DNA from: Leucothrix mucor
GTDB lineage: Bacteria; Pseudomonadota; Gammaproteobacteria; Thiotrichales; Thiotrichaceae
Assembly: GCA_011322515.1 (NCBI GenBank)
Contig: DRMS01000322.1
Coordinates: forward strand, 1-29,148
Length of the DNA: 29,148 nt
Reading direction: 5' to 3'
Shown here piece after piece: positions 11,743 through 20,577 of this stretch; the stretch's first letter is position 1, and each line of letters opens with the position of its first letter. The position numbers and the translations under genes are program-made. The notes under the pieces were generated by a model. It was not told where the DNA came from. It worked only from the letters and a program-made list of their open reading frames with translations, and did no database searches.

Positions 11743-12105
11743 TTAAACGTTGAGAGAGGTCTCTTTCACCTCTTTTTTTACAGCTTCAAAACAATCTTCA
11801 AGGCGTTTAGCAATGACTGGTTAATCATCGTGGAAAGAAGCTATTAGCGACAAGGCGATTTAAGTATTCTTTCCATTCGTCTGCTGTTCTGTGATCCGTT
11901 AGTTGAATGTTCAAAATGGCAGAATTAACAGGATCTGCAACGCTTAATAGCATTATCAAACAAATTATAAGAGAAATTACCAACTTTTTAGAGCTTGCTC
12001 GATTGTTAGTCCAGAATCTGTGTTCTAAGGAGGGTAAATTGGTTTTTCAAAAACTTTGTTTTTCCGAAGCATTAAAAAACTGGGCATGGTTCATAGATAT
12101 AACCC
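11743..12105 (-). pseudogene. Possible decayed gene of unknown family
   Basis: Protein-like frames joined by a frameshift and a stop: SAILNIQLTDHRTADEWKEYLNRLVANSFF / HDD*PVIAKRLEDCFEAVKKEVKETSLNV*; no family recognised. Confidence 0.3.
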
Positions 12106-12244
12106 ACTATCAAAAAAAGTATTAACTAATTTTGGACGTTAATATACAAGGATGTCCTATATTTGCCAGCTTTAGGCTCTACATATTTATGCTCCACTCA
12201 GTTATAATTATAATCATTTCCCAATAACAAAATGGTCTCAAATA

Positions 12245-13174
12245 ATGTCCACCCCCGATATTGATGCTGTAAAAAAATACCTCCTTTCCTTGCAAGATTC
12301 CATTTGTACCCAACTTGCCGATGAAGACGGCAATGCTGAATTTATAATTGACGAATGGCAACGCCTAGAAGGTGGTAACGGCATGAGTGGTGGTGGACGC
12401 ACGCGTCTATTAACCAATGGCGCAGTCATTGAACAAGGTGGAGTTAATTTCTCGCATGTCTTTGGCGACAATATGCCAGCATCTGCAACAATGCATCGTC
12501 CTGAATTAGCTGGGCGTAGCTTTCAGGCCTTGGGGGTTTCTCTGGTTATTCATCCACATAACCCCTATATACCTACTTCTCATGCCAATGTGCGTTTCTT
12601 TATTGCTGAGAAAGAAGGTGCTGATCCTGTCTGGTGGTTTGGTGGTGGATATGATTTAACCCCTTATTATGGCAATGATGAGGACTGCATTCACTGGCAT
12701 AAAACAGCACAACAAGCCTGTAAGCCTTTTGGTAAAACACGCTATACAGAACATAAAAAATGGTGTGATGATTATTTTTATTTAAAACATCGTGATGAGC
12801 CACGCGGTATCGGTGGTTTATTTTTTGATGATCTTAATCAAGAAGGATTTGAGCAATCTTTTGCTTATTTGCGAAGTATTGGGGATAGTTATATCAATGC
12901 CTACCGCCCTATTATGGCGAAGCGTAAAAAATTTGAATACGGTGAGCGGCAAAGAGATTTTCAGCTTTATCGCCGTGGACGCTATGTAGAATTCAATCTT
13001 ATTTATGATCGCGGTACTTTATTTGGTTTACAGTCAGGTGGGCGTACTGAATCCATCTTGATGTCAATGCCACCTTTAGTTAAATGGCGCTATGACTGGC
13101 AACCAGAAAATGGCTCTGAAGAGTCAAAGCTTTATAGTGATTATTTACGAGCTAGAGATTGGGCAGGCATGTAA
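12245..13174 (+). CDS. hemF: Oxygen-dependent coproporphyrinogen III oxidase
   Basis: [65 protein letters not shown]. Confidence 0.98.
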   Translation: MSTPDIDAVKKYLLSLQDSICTQLADEDGNAEFIIDEWQRLEGGNGMSGGGRTRLLTNGAVIEQGGVNFSHVFGDNMPASATMHRPELAGRSFQALGVSLVIHPHNPYIPTSHANVRFFIAEKEGADPVWWFGGGYDLTPYYGNDEDCIHWHKTAQQACKPFGKTRYTEHKKWCDDYFYLKHRDEPRGIGGLFFDDLNQEGFEQSFAYLRSIGDSYINAYRPIMAKRKKFEYGERQRDFQLYRRGRYVEFNLIYDRGTLFGLQSGGRTESILMSMPPLVKWRYDWQPENGSEESKLYSDYLRARDWAGM

Positions 13175-13310
13175 TAATTAATAGTATAATATAATCAAAT
13201 ACTTATAGATCACATGTAACATCTTAATTTAAGTTGTAGAATAATAACTCAAGAGGTGTTATTATTTTAATATATATAAAAAATAATTATTAAGCCTATA
13301 AGGATATTTC

Positions 13311-13363
13311 AAGAACGTGCATAAAATAAGTTAGAGTGTCCAGCTTATTCCGCGCACGTTCCT
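13311..13363. repeat. 53-bp mini foldback with family B ends
   Basis: aagaacgtgcataaaataag / cttattccgcgcacgttcct; ends match the 161-bp elements at 22248 and 22863. Confidence 0.65.
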
Positions 13364-13412
13364 CGGCCACAGGGAATAGGAATGTAACAACCTACTTAAG
13401 AGGACCGCTATT

Positions 13413-14015
13413 ATGAATATGTCACCCGATGCCACTGTTTTAAAGAGCCCCTGCCAAACACACTCATTACTTTTAAAAAATAATCATTCAAAACTGGAAA
13501 AGCTAGCTTTAACAGCTCCTTGGCAGAAGTTGAAAGATTTGCTACACGGGTCATCGAAGACGATTGGCAAGCCATTTAACAGCCCTATTTTAATGATGAA
13601 GCTTTTGGTTCTTCAGGAGTTGCTACAGATTAACACGAGGCAACTTCAAGATCATTTAGATGATCATTACAGTTTATTTGTCTTTTTAATACCTGGCATG
13701 GAAAATGGCATTCCAGAACAATCTGAAATAGAAAGATTAAAGCAATGCTTACAAGAAATGAACTTACTCTATCCTTTTCTCAATGAGTGTGTTGAAGTTC
13801 TAGGGATAGATCGCTCAAAAATAAATTTATATGAATATTATGATCATAATGCACCCCCAAAATACGCCTCTCCTCCCAGCGCTTTGCATGCAATAGCGTG
13901 CCCTCGTTGCGGTAGAAAAAACTTACATATCAGAACGCAGTCATTGATGACTAAAATTTTTAGCAAGAAATCATCTTATACCTGTAATGTTTGTACTTTA
14001 CATTTTGCGCTTTAG
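13413..14015 (+). CDS. IS5-transposase-like N-terminal domain (DUF772-like) fused to a zinc ribbon; no DDE domain
   Basis: LEKL...PW...GKP...LMMKLLVLQ...D..S...FL...IPE.S.I.R pattern; C-terminal CPRC...CNVC; RBS AAGAGGA; intact 200-aa frame. Confidence 0.7.
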   Translation: MNMSPDATVLKSPCQTHSLLLKNNHSKLEKLALTAPWQKLKDLLHGSSKTIGKPFNSPILMMKLLVLQELLQINTRQLQDHLDDHYSLFVFLIPGMENGIPEQSEIERLKQCLQEMNLLYPFLNECVEVLGIDRSKINLYEYYDHNAPPKYASPPSALHAIACPRCGRKNLHIRTQSLMTKIFSKKSSYTCNVCTLHFAL

Positions 14016-14141
14016 AAATACAGCTATCAATTTTAAGACAAAGACAAGTATGTTGCAGTCTTCCACTTTAAGTTGATAACTAAAAATATAAGCTAACAAT
14101 CAACACTTTCGCCTGCTGAAAACAAGAAAACACACAATTAA

Positions 14142-14175
14142 AAAAGGCTTGCTCTCCATATAGAGCAAGCCTTTT
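14142..14175. terminator. Bidirectional intrinsic terminator between convergent genes
   Basis: aaaaggcttgctct-ccatat-agagcaagcctttt, perfect 14-bp stem with A and T tracts. Confidence 0.85.
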
Positions 14176-14183
14176 GATTGTAG

Positions 14184-14328
14184 GGCTACTAACTTAAGGC
14201 GGGACAAGTAAAGTCATAGCAAACAACCCGCACCCTTCGACAAGCTCAGGGAGCTAGCTTCCTGAGCTTGTCGAAGGGTGCGGGTGAATAGGCATAAACA
14301 TTAACTGCCCCGCCTTAAACTGGTAGCC
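14184..14328. mobile_element. MITE family A, 145 bp, complete
   Basis: TIRs ggctactaacttaaggcgggaca / tgccccgccttaaactggtagcc; perfect 8-bp TSD gattgtag (14176-14183, 14329-14336); central acccgcacccttcgacaagctcagg hairpin. Confidence 0.95.
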
Positions 14329-14385
14329 GATTGTAGATGCTTTTACGTTGTGCGTTTTTTTCCTAAAATAATGTTAAAAGGCATT

Positions 14386-15939
14386 TTAACCGCGTTTTGA
14401 ACGCCTTGATTTAGCTGCAACCCTCAAACGTCTACCTGCTTTAATTCGTGAGCCACGTATTCTATTCAAGCGTTTTAGCTTTCTGACCGTTGTGCCATAA
14501 CGTGATGCAATTCTTGATAAGCTCTCGCCATGACGAACGCGATGAACCCTACTTTTTCTCTTGTAACGACGACGATAGGTGCGAGTTGCGCGTGAATATT
14601 TTGCTATTTTTATTGGACTAACCGTTGGCGCACGCTGGATTGCTCTTTGCATATTTCCAGCATATTGGCGCGGAACGAGGATTTTTCTGGTCATTGATGG
14701 CATGGTGATACCATATTTAAATCCAGGATTTAAATGCTGCATGGTAGATGCCTGCATACCTGCTTGATAAGCTACTTTTTTCAGGTCAACGGCTTTACTG
14801 AAGTAAACTTGAATTAACTTAGGTGCATTAACTGCATGTGGTAAACGTATGCCAAATGATCTAGGAGAGCGAATAACTTCTCTATAAGCTAATAATTTTG
14901 GCACATAGTTTCTAGTTTCACGCGGTAACGACAGGCTCCAATAATCTGTTGGCAAACCTCTGGCTCTATTTTTTTCTATTTCTCGATGAACACGATTTTC
15001 ACCACAATTATAAGCCGCTAATGCAAGAAACCAGTCACCACGAAACTCACGGTGTAATTTTTGCAGATAATCCATTGCTGCACGAGTAGACTCGATCACA
15101 TCTAAACGACCATCATATCCATGTGTTTGTTTTAACCCATAGCGTTTACCCGTACCACGAATAAACTGCCACATACCTGCTGCACCCGCATGAGATCTTG
15201 CTTTGGTGATATAAGCACTTTCAACCATTGGCAGTAAAACTAAATCTGTTGGCATTCTACGGCGTTGCAATTCTGTGGCAACTAAATGCAAATAATCCGT
15301 TGAGCGATTCAATGTTCTCATCACGCCACCGCGATTGCTTCTCATACGCTGAATCGCACGTTGTACTATTGGGCGATATTGGTCATTACGGAAACGAAAA
15401 CCATTTTTTACTCGATGCCATACGCTGTTAGCTGGAAGTCTAGTGGCAGTATTTACTCTTTGATATGTCCGATTTCTTGTTCTTGCTAATCGTAATAGTT
15501 GTTGCTGGCGATTTAGGCGGAGTTTTTTATTGCGTAATCGTTGTAGATTTTCACGTTTACGTTTATTAAGCAGTCTTTGCTGACGAGATTGGGCTAGGGG
15601 CTGCGATTGATTGAACTGAGGGACGTTTCTAGAAATGTGTACTGGCGTTGGTATCGGACGACTTGGTACTAGTGGGGCTATACCTAATAGTACCGCAGCA
15701 GAATCTAACTCCGCATCTTCTTTACTCGTTACGTTAAGTTGTGCCTTAGGCTTTTTCATTTCACGCATTATCGCATCGACAGCATCAGGAGTAGATTTAC
15801 TTTGCGTCTTCTCCTCAATATTCAGAAGTTTATTTGCAATACTAAGCAGATTTTCATCGGTCGTTGCATTGGCTGTTGAAATACAGACGAGCGAACTAGT
15901 AGCAAATAAAGCAATTGCTATCGATTTTTTTAATAACAT
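14386..15939 (-). CDS. mltD: Lytic murein transglycosylase MltD family with one C-terminal LysM
   Basis: SLT motifs PMVESAY, GAAGMWQF, DWFLALAAYNCGE, LPRETRNYVPK; LysM HRVRHGESLSRIASRYG; Sec-type signal peptide. Confidence 0.9.
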   Translation of the reverse strand: MLLKKSIAIALFATSSLVCISTANATTDENLLSIANKLLNIEEKTQSKSTPDAVDAIMREMKKPKAQLNVTSKEDAELDSAAVLLGIAPLVPSRPIPTPVHISRNVPQFNQSQPLAQSRQQRLLNKRKRENLQRLRNKKLRLNRQQQLLRLARTRNRTYQRVNTATRLPANSVWHRVKNGFRFRNDQYRPIVQRAIQRMRSNRGGVMRTLNRSTDYLHLVATELQRRRMPTDLVLLPMVESAYITKARSHAGAAGMWQFIRGTGKRYGLKQTHGYDGRLDVIESTRAAMDYLQKLHREFRGDWFLALAAYNCGENRVHREIEKNRARGLPTDYWSLSLPRETRNYVPKLLAYREVIRSPRSFGIRLPHAVNAPKLIQVYFSKAVDLKKVAYQAGMQASTMQHLNPGFKYGITMPSMTRKILVPRQYAGNMQRAIQRAPTVSPIKIAKYSRATRTYRRRYKRKSRVHRVRHGESLSRIASRYGTTVRKLKRLNRIRGSRIKAGRRLRVAAKSRRSKRG

Positions 15940-16085
15940 TTCGATATCCTTATAAATTTAACTAATAATCCATATTAGCACTATTATTTGTTTATTGTTG
16001 TAATAAATTTACTTAAAAAGAATGTTTTTTATCCAAAAAAAATAAAAAACAATAAGTTATAGTTATTTATTGACTTAAATTATAC

Positions 16086-16997
16086 TTATACCCGTATAAA
16101 AAGTAAAGCTTTCAGCCCTTTATTCTGACTTTCACGATAGACTTTAGGTGGATTGACTACCTTGTCAAATATATAGCTAGGCGCATATAAACTCATATTG
16201 TCAATAATAAAGCCGATAGTTAAGTCAGGCGCATTCAAACAGAGTAATAAAATACTTTTATCGGCCATAAAATCATTTAGACGGCGCATGATTTTAGGGT
16301 AATCTCGATCTATCTGTACGCTTCCTTTTTGAAAGGTGGGTGGATCACAGACTAAAAGATCAAAAGGACCACGCTTTTTTAATCGCCCAAAAGACTTGAA
16401 GATATTGAGTTTTTCAAAACGAACCTTGTTGAGATCATGATGGTTTAAGCGATGATTCTCCCGACCAACGCTTAAAGCTGCACCACTCATATCAACATTC
16501 AGAACACTTGTAGCTCCACCTGTAATCGCCGATACTGAGAAGCCACATGTATAAGCAAATAAGTTTAATACACGCTTATTTTTAGCATGCTGCTCTAGCC
16601 AACTACGCCCATTACGCATATCTAAAAATAAACCTGTGTTGCGCGCGCGACCTAAGCTTATATGAAATTTATTCTGCCCTTCCAAGATAACAAGCTTTTG
16701 AATTTTCTCGCCTTGAATAATATCGATAGGTCCAGCAGAGAGATAACGATGTTGTAATTGAGCGCTTTTGCAGTTAGGAAGTAGTGACAAAAGATAATCA
16801 ACCAGTCGCTTAATTTCTTCTATTGGTTCTGGCTTATAGAGTGTAATCAATACGACAGGCGGCAACCAGTCAATGACTAAATGCTCTAAACCCGCAAAAG
16901 AATGACCACGCCCATGAAATAGACGCTGTGCCTGTCCTAGATCATGCTTATCTTTAGGTTTGTAAAGTTGCTTTGAAATGATTGGAATTGATAGCAT
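16086..16997 (-). CDS. Class I SAM-dependent methyltransferase, RlmI/YwbD-like
   Basis: NTGLFLDMR, VLNLFAYTCGFS, DLLVCDPPTF; start uncertain (ATG 16997 preferred over 17054). Confidence 0.8.
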   Translation of the reverse strand: MLSIPIISKQLYKPKDKHDLGQAQRLFHGRGHSFAGLEHLVIDWLPPVVLITLYKPEPIEEIKRLVDYLLSLLPNCKSAQLQHRYLSAGPIDIIQGEKIQKLVILEGQNKFHISLGRARNTGLFLDMRNGRSWLEQHAKNKRVLNLFAYTCGFSVSAITGGATSVLNVDMSGAALSVGRENHRLNHHDLNKVRFEKLNIFKSFGRLKKRGPFDLLVCDPPTFQKGSVQIDRDYPKIMRRLNDFMADKSILLLCLNAPDLTIGFIIDNMSLYAPSYIFDKVVNPPKVYRESQNKGLKALLFIRV

Positions 16998-17024
16998 AAA
17001 AGGGGGGGGGCTCAAAACAGAAAA

Positions 17025-17248
17025 AACCACGGAATACACGGAGATAATCATCAAATGTCAACAGAGCCTAGTATTCATTATTCATTTTAAGAAAAAGGGA
17101 GGTGATGCTTTAGCTTCGCAACACCTCCGATGCCGTTAGGCGAGGCGGTTGGTATTTTGAAATAAACGCCTCGCCTCTCGCCTAACGGCATCGGAAGAAG
17201 GAGCGAGTCTAAAAGCTTACTTCCATGTATTCTGTATGTTCGGTGGTT
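17025..17248. repeat. Nested hairpins: family E arms enclosing a family C hairpin
   Basis: Outer arms aaccacggaatacacggag (17025-17043) / ttccatgtattctgtatgttcggtggtt (17221-17248); inner tccgatgccgttaggcgag / ctcgcctaacggcatcgga (17126-17195). Confidence 0.7.
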
Positions 17249-17258
17249 AAAATATTTT

Positions 17259-17732
17259 TTAGGGATTATGCTTAGACAACTGCTCTTCACGAATAGGTGG
17301 CGTTAAAAAACCATCCGCCCAATCAGGGTCAACCGCTTCTCCTTTATCATTAATCAAGGGAAAGTCACTATCATTCCAGCCTTTGACACCTGTTTGCACG
17401 GAAACTATATTTTTATAGCCCATTAATTGCATGGTAAAAACAGCAGGGACGCTTCGATTGCCTGAACGACAGATTACTATGACGCGACGATCACGCGCTT
17501 TTACCAACTCTGGCTCAGTATCGGGATAATCCCAATCACAGGCGGTCTCTAAGATGCCGCGTGGAACATGAAGTGAGCCTTTGATATGACAGCGTTCAAA
17601 TTCTTTCGTTTCGCGTATATCGAGCAATAGAACATTAGGGTCATTTTCTAATATTTCTTCTAAATCCCAAGGATATATTTCATCAACCTGTTGGAGCATA
17701 TCCACAATGAGTTGCTTAAATGTTTTAGCCAT
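17259..17732 (-). CDS. Single-domain rhodanese (sulfurtransferase)
   Basis: LLLDIRETKEF...HIKGSLHVPRG, active-site loop ICRSGNRS. Confidence 0.9.
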   Translation of the reverse strand: MAKTFKQLIVDMLQQVDEIYPWDLEEILENDPNVLLLDIRETKEFERCHIKGSLHVPRGILETACDWDYPDTEPELVKARDRRVIVICRSGNRSVPAVFTMQLMGYKNIVSVQTGVKGWNDSDFPLINDKGEAVDPDWADGFLTPPIREEQLSKHNP

Positions 17733-17762
17733 ATATTTATAACCTTGATAATCTTGTAATTT

Positions 17763-18440
17763 TTATCTTGTTGAATAAACGAACTTGGTTTTCTTCACGC
17801 CATATTCAACGGCCATTACTGCGGCGGTAATACGCGAGCTAATATTTAATTTACGCAAAATGGCTTTTACATGTAGCTTTACTGTGCCGTCAGAAATACC
17901 TAAATTTCGCGCAATAACCTTGTTACTCTGCCCTTCTGCAAGCAAGGTTAATATTTCAAATTCACGCGGTGTTAAAGAAGAAAAAGGATTAACCTTTTCT
18001 TCTTTGGGTTTTATCCTCCCTTGTACTGCTTGCGCTAGTACGTGAGCAAGGTCTGGAGCGACAACGGTTTTACCATCGATAATATCTCGTAGCGCAACCA
18101 CTAACTCATCAGGTTCCATATCTTTTAATAGATACCCTTGCGCACCATTTTTTAAGGAACCTATCAAATCATCCTCAACACTACTGGTTGTTAGCATGGC
18201 AACAGGCAAATCTGGATGATCCTTTTTTAAGGATCGGAGTACGGTAATTCCATCCATATTGGGCATGCGCATATCAAGTAGCACGACATCAATATTGGGG
18301 TCTAATGCAGATGCCACTTTTAGACCTTCATCTCCACTACCAACAGAAGCGACGACCTTGATCCCTCGACGGGTTAATAAATCCTCTAAACCAGCACGAA
18401 ATAGGGTGTGATCATCAATTAATAAGACTTTCTCATTCAT
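17763..18440 (-). CDS. NarL/LuxR-family response regulator
   Basis: IDDH, LLDMRMP receiver aspartate, GYLLKD, LTPREFEILTLLAEGQSNKVIARNLGIS HTH; ATGA overlap with the kinase. Confidence 0.93.
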   Translation of the reverse strand: MNEKVLLIDDHTLFRAGLEDLLTRRGIKVVASVGSGDEGLKVASALDPNIDVVLLDMRMPNMDGITVLRSLKKDHPDLPVAMLTTSSVEDDLIGSLKNGAQGYLLKDMEPDELVVALRDIIDGKTVVAPDLAHVLAQAVQGRIKPKEEKVNPFSSLTPREFEILTLLAEGQSNKVIARNLGISDGTVKLHVKAILRKLNISSRITAAVMAVEYGVKKTKFVYSTR

Positions 18441-20182
18441 AAAATATTATCCTGCGTCGTGATGATTTTATCATCATTAAAAACACGACTAATGGGGGTA
18501 TTTAAAGTAGCGGCTTGTTCTGTTACCTGAAAGGCGAGCTGTACCAGTGTACCCTCCCCATCTCCAGATTCAAAATGAATCTCACCATTAATTCTTGCTG
18601 CGCGCTCTTGTATAATAGATAAACCAAGATGCTCACCTGCTGCTTCATCGGGCTGATGACTATCATCTGTTATACCAATGCCATCATCCTCGATGAGGAC
18701 GCTACATTCACCCTCTTCTGAGCTACGCATGAGTACTCTGACGGTCTCTGCTTGACTATGTTTTCGAATATTTACCAAGGACTCTTGGACAATACGCACC
18801 ACCTCAATTTCAGTATCTCGGGATAAATCACCTAGTTCCCAGTTATGATAGAAAAACACTTCCAGTTTGGTATCACGGCGGAAACGCTCTATCACCCGTT
18901 CTACAGAGCGCACCACCCCTTTACCATCGACAGGCGCCCTAAAATGGGTGATTAAACTACGTAATTCAAGATAAGCATCATCAATACTATTTTCCAAGCC
19001 TTCCAATTCTTCCCAAATAGCGGACTCATCACCTGCATTCATGGTGTCATCGAATAGGCGTATTTTATAGCGTAGGATTGCTAGTGTTTGTGCTAAAGAA
19101 TCATGCAATTCATGCGCCATCCGTGTGCGCTCTTTAATAATCGAGAGCAAACGCGCATCATCTTCAACACTGGCTTTTTCTATTGCCATCCCCAAATGCT
19201 GACCGATACTAATCAGTAGCTCATGCTCTCCTTCCATTTCACGGTGATCTTCACGACGCACAAAAAGATTGTACACGCCTAACGTTTTGCCTCGATACTG
19301 TAATGGAATTGCTAACATTTCGATATTATCGGTATCAAAAAATGTTTCACCAATTAGCTTGCCACACATTCTGACATCAGCACGCACTTGAATATTGCCA
19401 TCGACTGCTGCTTTTCCACAGAGGCAATCAGGTTGAGGCAACACATCTTCCTTAGCGATCACTTCATCTGACAAACCAATACTCGCCACTAAGCGCATTT
19501 GATCGTTATTATCCAATAAACGAACCGTTGCTGCTTCAGCTTTAACAACCCCTGTTAAGGTGTATAAAAACTGTTGTAATAAATCTTCAAGATTTTGCGA
19601 TTGATTAATGCAAGAGGCAACTTCATAGAGCACACTAAGATAGTGCTTTTTTTGTTTGATATATTCGGTCTGGCGCAGTAAACGCTTTTGTTGTACGCGA
19701 GCCAGCGCTTCGTAATCATCTGAAATGCAATTAATATGATTGCGAATACTCAATGAGGGACAACGAGTGGAGTATAGCTGCATACGGCTGGACAGCTCCC
19801 CTTTTAATAAGTTATCAGCCCATTCAGAAAGATCCTTACCAAAACGATTAAACTCACGCCAAATCCAATACAGCAGTAATAATAAAAATAGCAGTCCCGC
19901 CCCTGCAAACAACCAGAGTACCGTCATTAACGGGACAAACCAGTTTGTTTGCATGCCAATATCAACCGACCAGAAATAAACAAAGCCGATGACCAAAAAG
20001 ACAAAAACTAGACTTGCCAGAACAATACTGGCTAACCATGGAAGGCTAGTCCCTCTGCTTGACTCTGCCAACACCTCCGCATTTTCTGTTTTCCATTTGG
20101 CAATATTTCCAGACAGATTTTTGCCCTTATTCTTCCATGAAGGAAGCGTCTCAAGTACTGCTTTTAGGGGAACACTAGGCAT
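18437..20182 (-). CDS. NarX-like HisKA_3 sensor kinase (2 TM, HAMP-like, Cys-containing GAF)
   Basis: RMAHELHDSLAQ H-box, ESLVNIRKHS N-box, EDDGIG, HLGLSIIQERA; GAF with PDCLCG and RMCG. Confidence 0.9.
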   Translation of the reverse strand: MPSVPLKAVLETLPSWKNKGKNLSGNIAKWKTENAEVLAESSRGTSLPWLASIVLASLVFVFLVIGFVYFWSVDIGMQTNWFVPLMTVLWLFAGAGLLFLLLLLYWIWREFNRFGKDLSEWADNLLKGELSSRMQLYSTRCPSLSIRNHINCISDDYEALARVQQKRLLRQTEYIKQKKHYLSVLYEVASCINQSQNLEDLLQQFLYTLTGVVKAEAATVRLLDNNDQMRLVASIGLSDEVIAKEDVLPQPDCLCGKAAVDGNIQVRADVRMCGKLIGETFFDTDNIEMLAIPLQYRGKTLGVYNLFVRREDHREMEGEHELLISIGQHLGMAIEKASVEDDARLLSIIKERTRMAHELHDSLAQTLAILRYKIRLFDDTMNAGDESAIWEELEGLENSIDDAYLELRSLITHFRAPVDGKGVVRSVERVIERFRRDTKLEVFFYHNWELGDLSRDTEIEVVRIVQESLVNIRKHSQAETVRVLMRSSEEGECSVLIEDDGIGITDDSHQPDEAAGEHLGLSIIQERAARINGEIHFESGDGEGTLVQLAFQVTEQAATLNTPISRVFNDDKIITTQDNIL

Positions 20183-20196
20183 GGGGATTTTACCGC

Positions 20197-20508
20197 TTAT
20201 TCTTGAGGGGCTTTATAGTTTGGATCATTTGGATTCATAAACACAAATTCCATTGTGCCATCCAGCTCGATATAGTCAATCATCATTCCATCGACTAAAC
20301 TGGCTGATCCTGCATCAACAACAAGCTTGACTCCCTCTGATACAAAATGAGCATCACCATATTTTTTACTATCATCAAACCCCATTTGATAGTGAAACTC
20401 TCCTGCTTCATTTTTCTCAACGGCTACCCGTAAAGGTTGTCCTTCCACATCCGTTTCTGTCAGCGACACTTTGATCTGTGCGGCGGCTTCTGGTGAAACT
20501 GTAAACAT
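20197..20508 (-). CDS. dsrR: DsrR, IscA/HesB-like protein without cluster cysteines
   Basis: HesB-like pattern (LRVAV...YQMGFDD...VKLVVD...IDY), no Cys at all, ends FVFMNPNDPNY, directly after dsrN. Confidence 0.85.
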   Translation of the reverse strand: MFTVSPEAAAQIKVSLTETDVEGQPLRVAVEKNEAGEFHYQMGFDDSKKYGDAHFVSEGVKLVVDAGSASLVDGMMIDYIELDGTMEFVFMNPNDPNYKAPQE

Positions 20509-20577
20509 AATTTACTCCTTACTATTAAAAATATTTTTCACTAAAATGCAAAGTATTTTAGGCTACCCATTTGAAGA

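Noticed and set aside
17002-17010. G9 tract (another at 27806-27814) as a phase-variation switch
   Set aside because: It probably lies upstream of the true start, and nine bases with no read-level evidence is insufficient.
17126-17195. GTTAGGC/GCCTAAC in the family C hairpin as an attC site
   Set aside because: The order is reversed relative to attC; it is simply part of an inverted repeat.
17763-20182. Gene symbols narX and narL
   Set aside because: No periplasmic nitrate-sensing domain and no nar/nap context.
20197-20508. Functional IscA/ErpA Fe-S carrier
   Set aside because: The protein has no cysteines.
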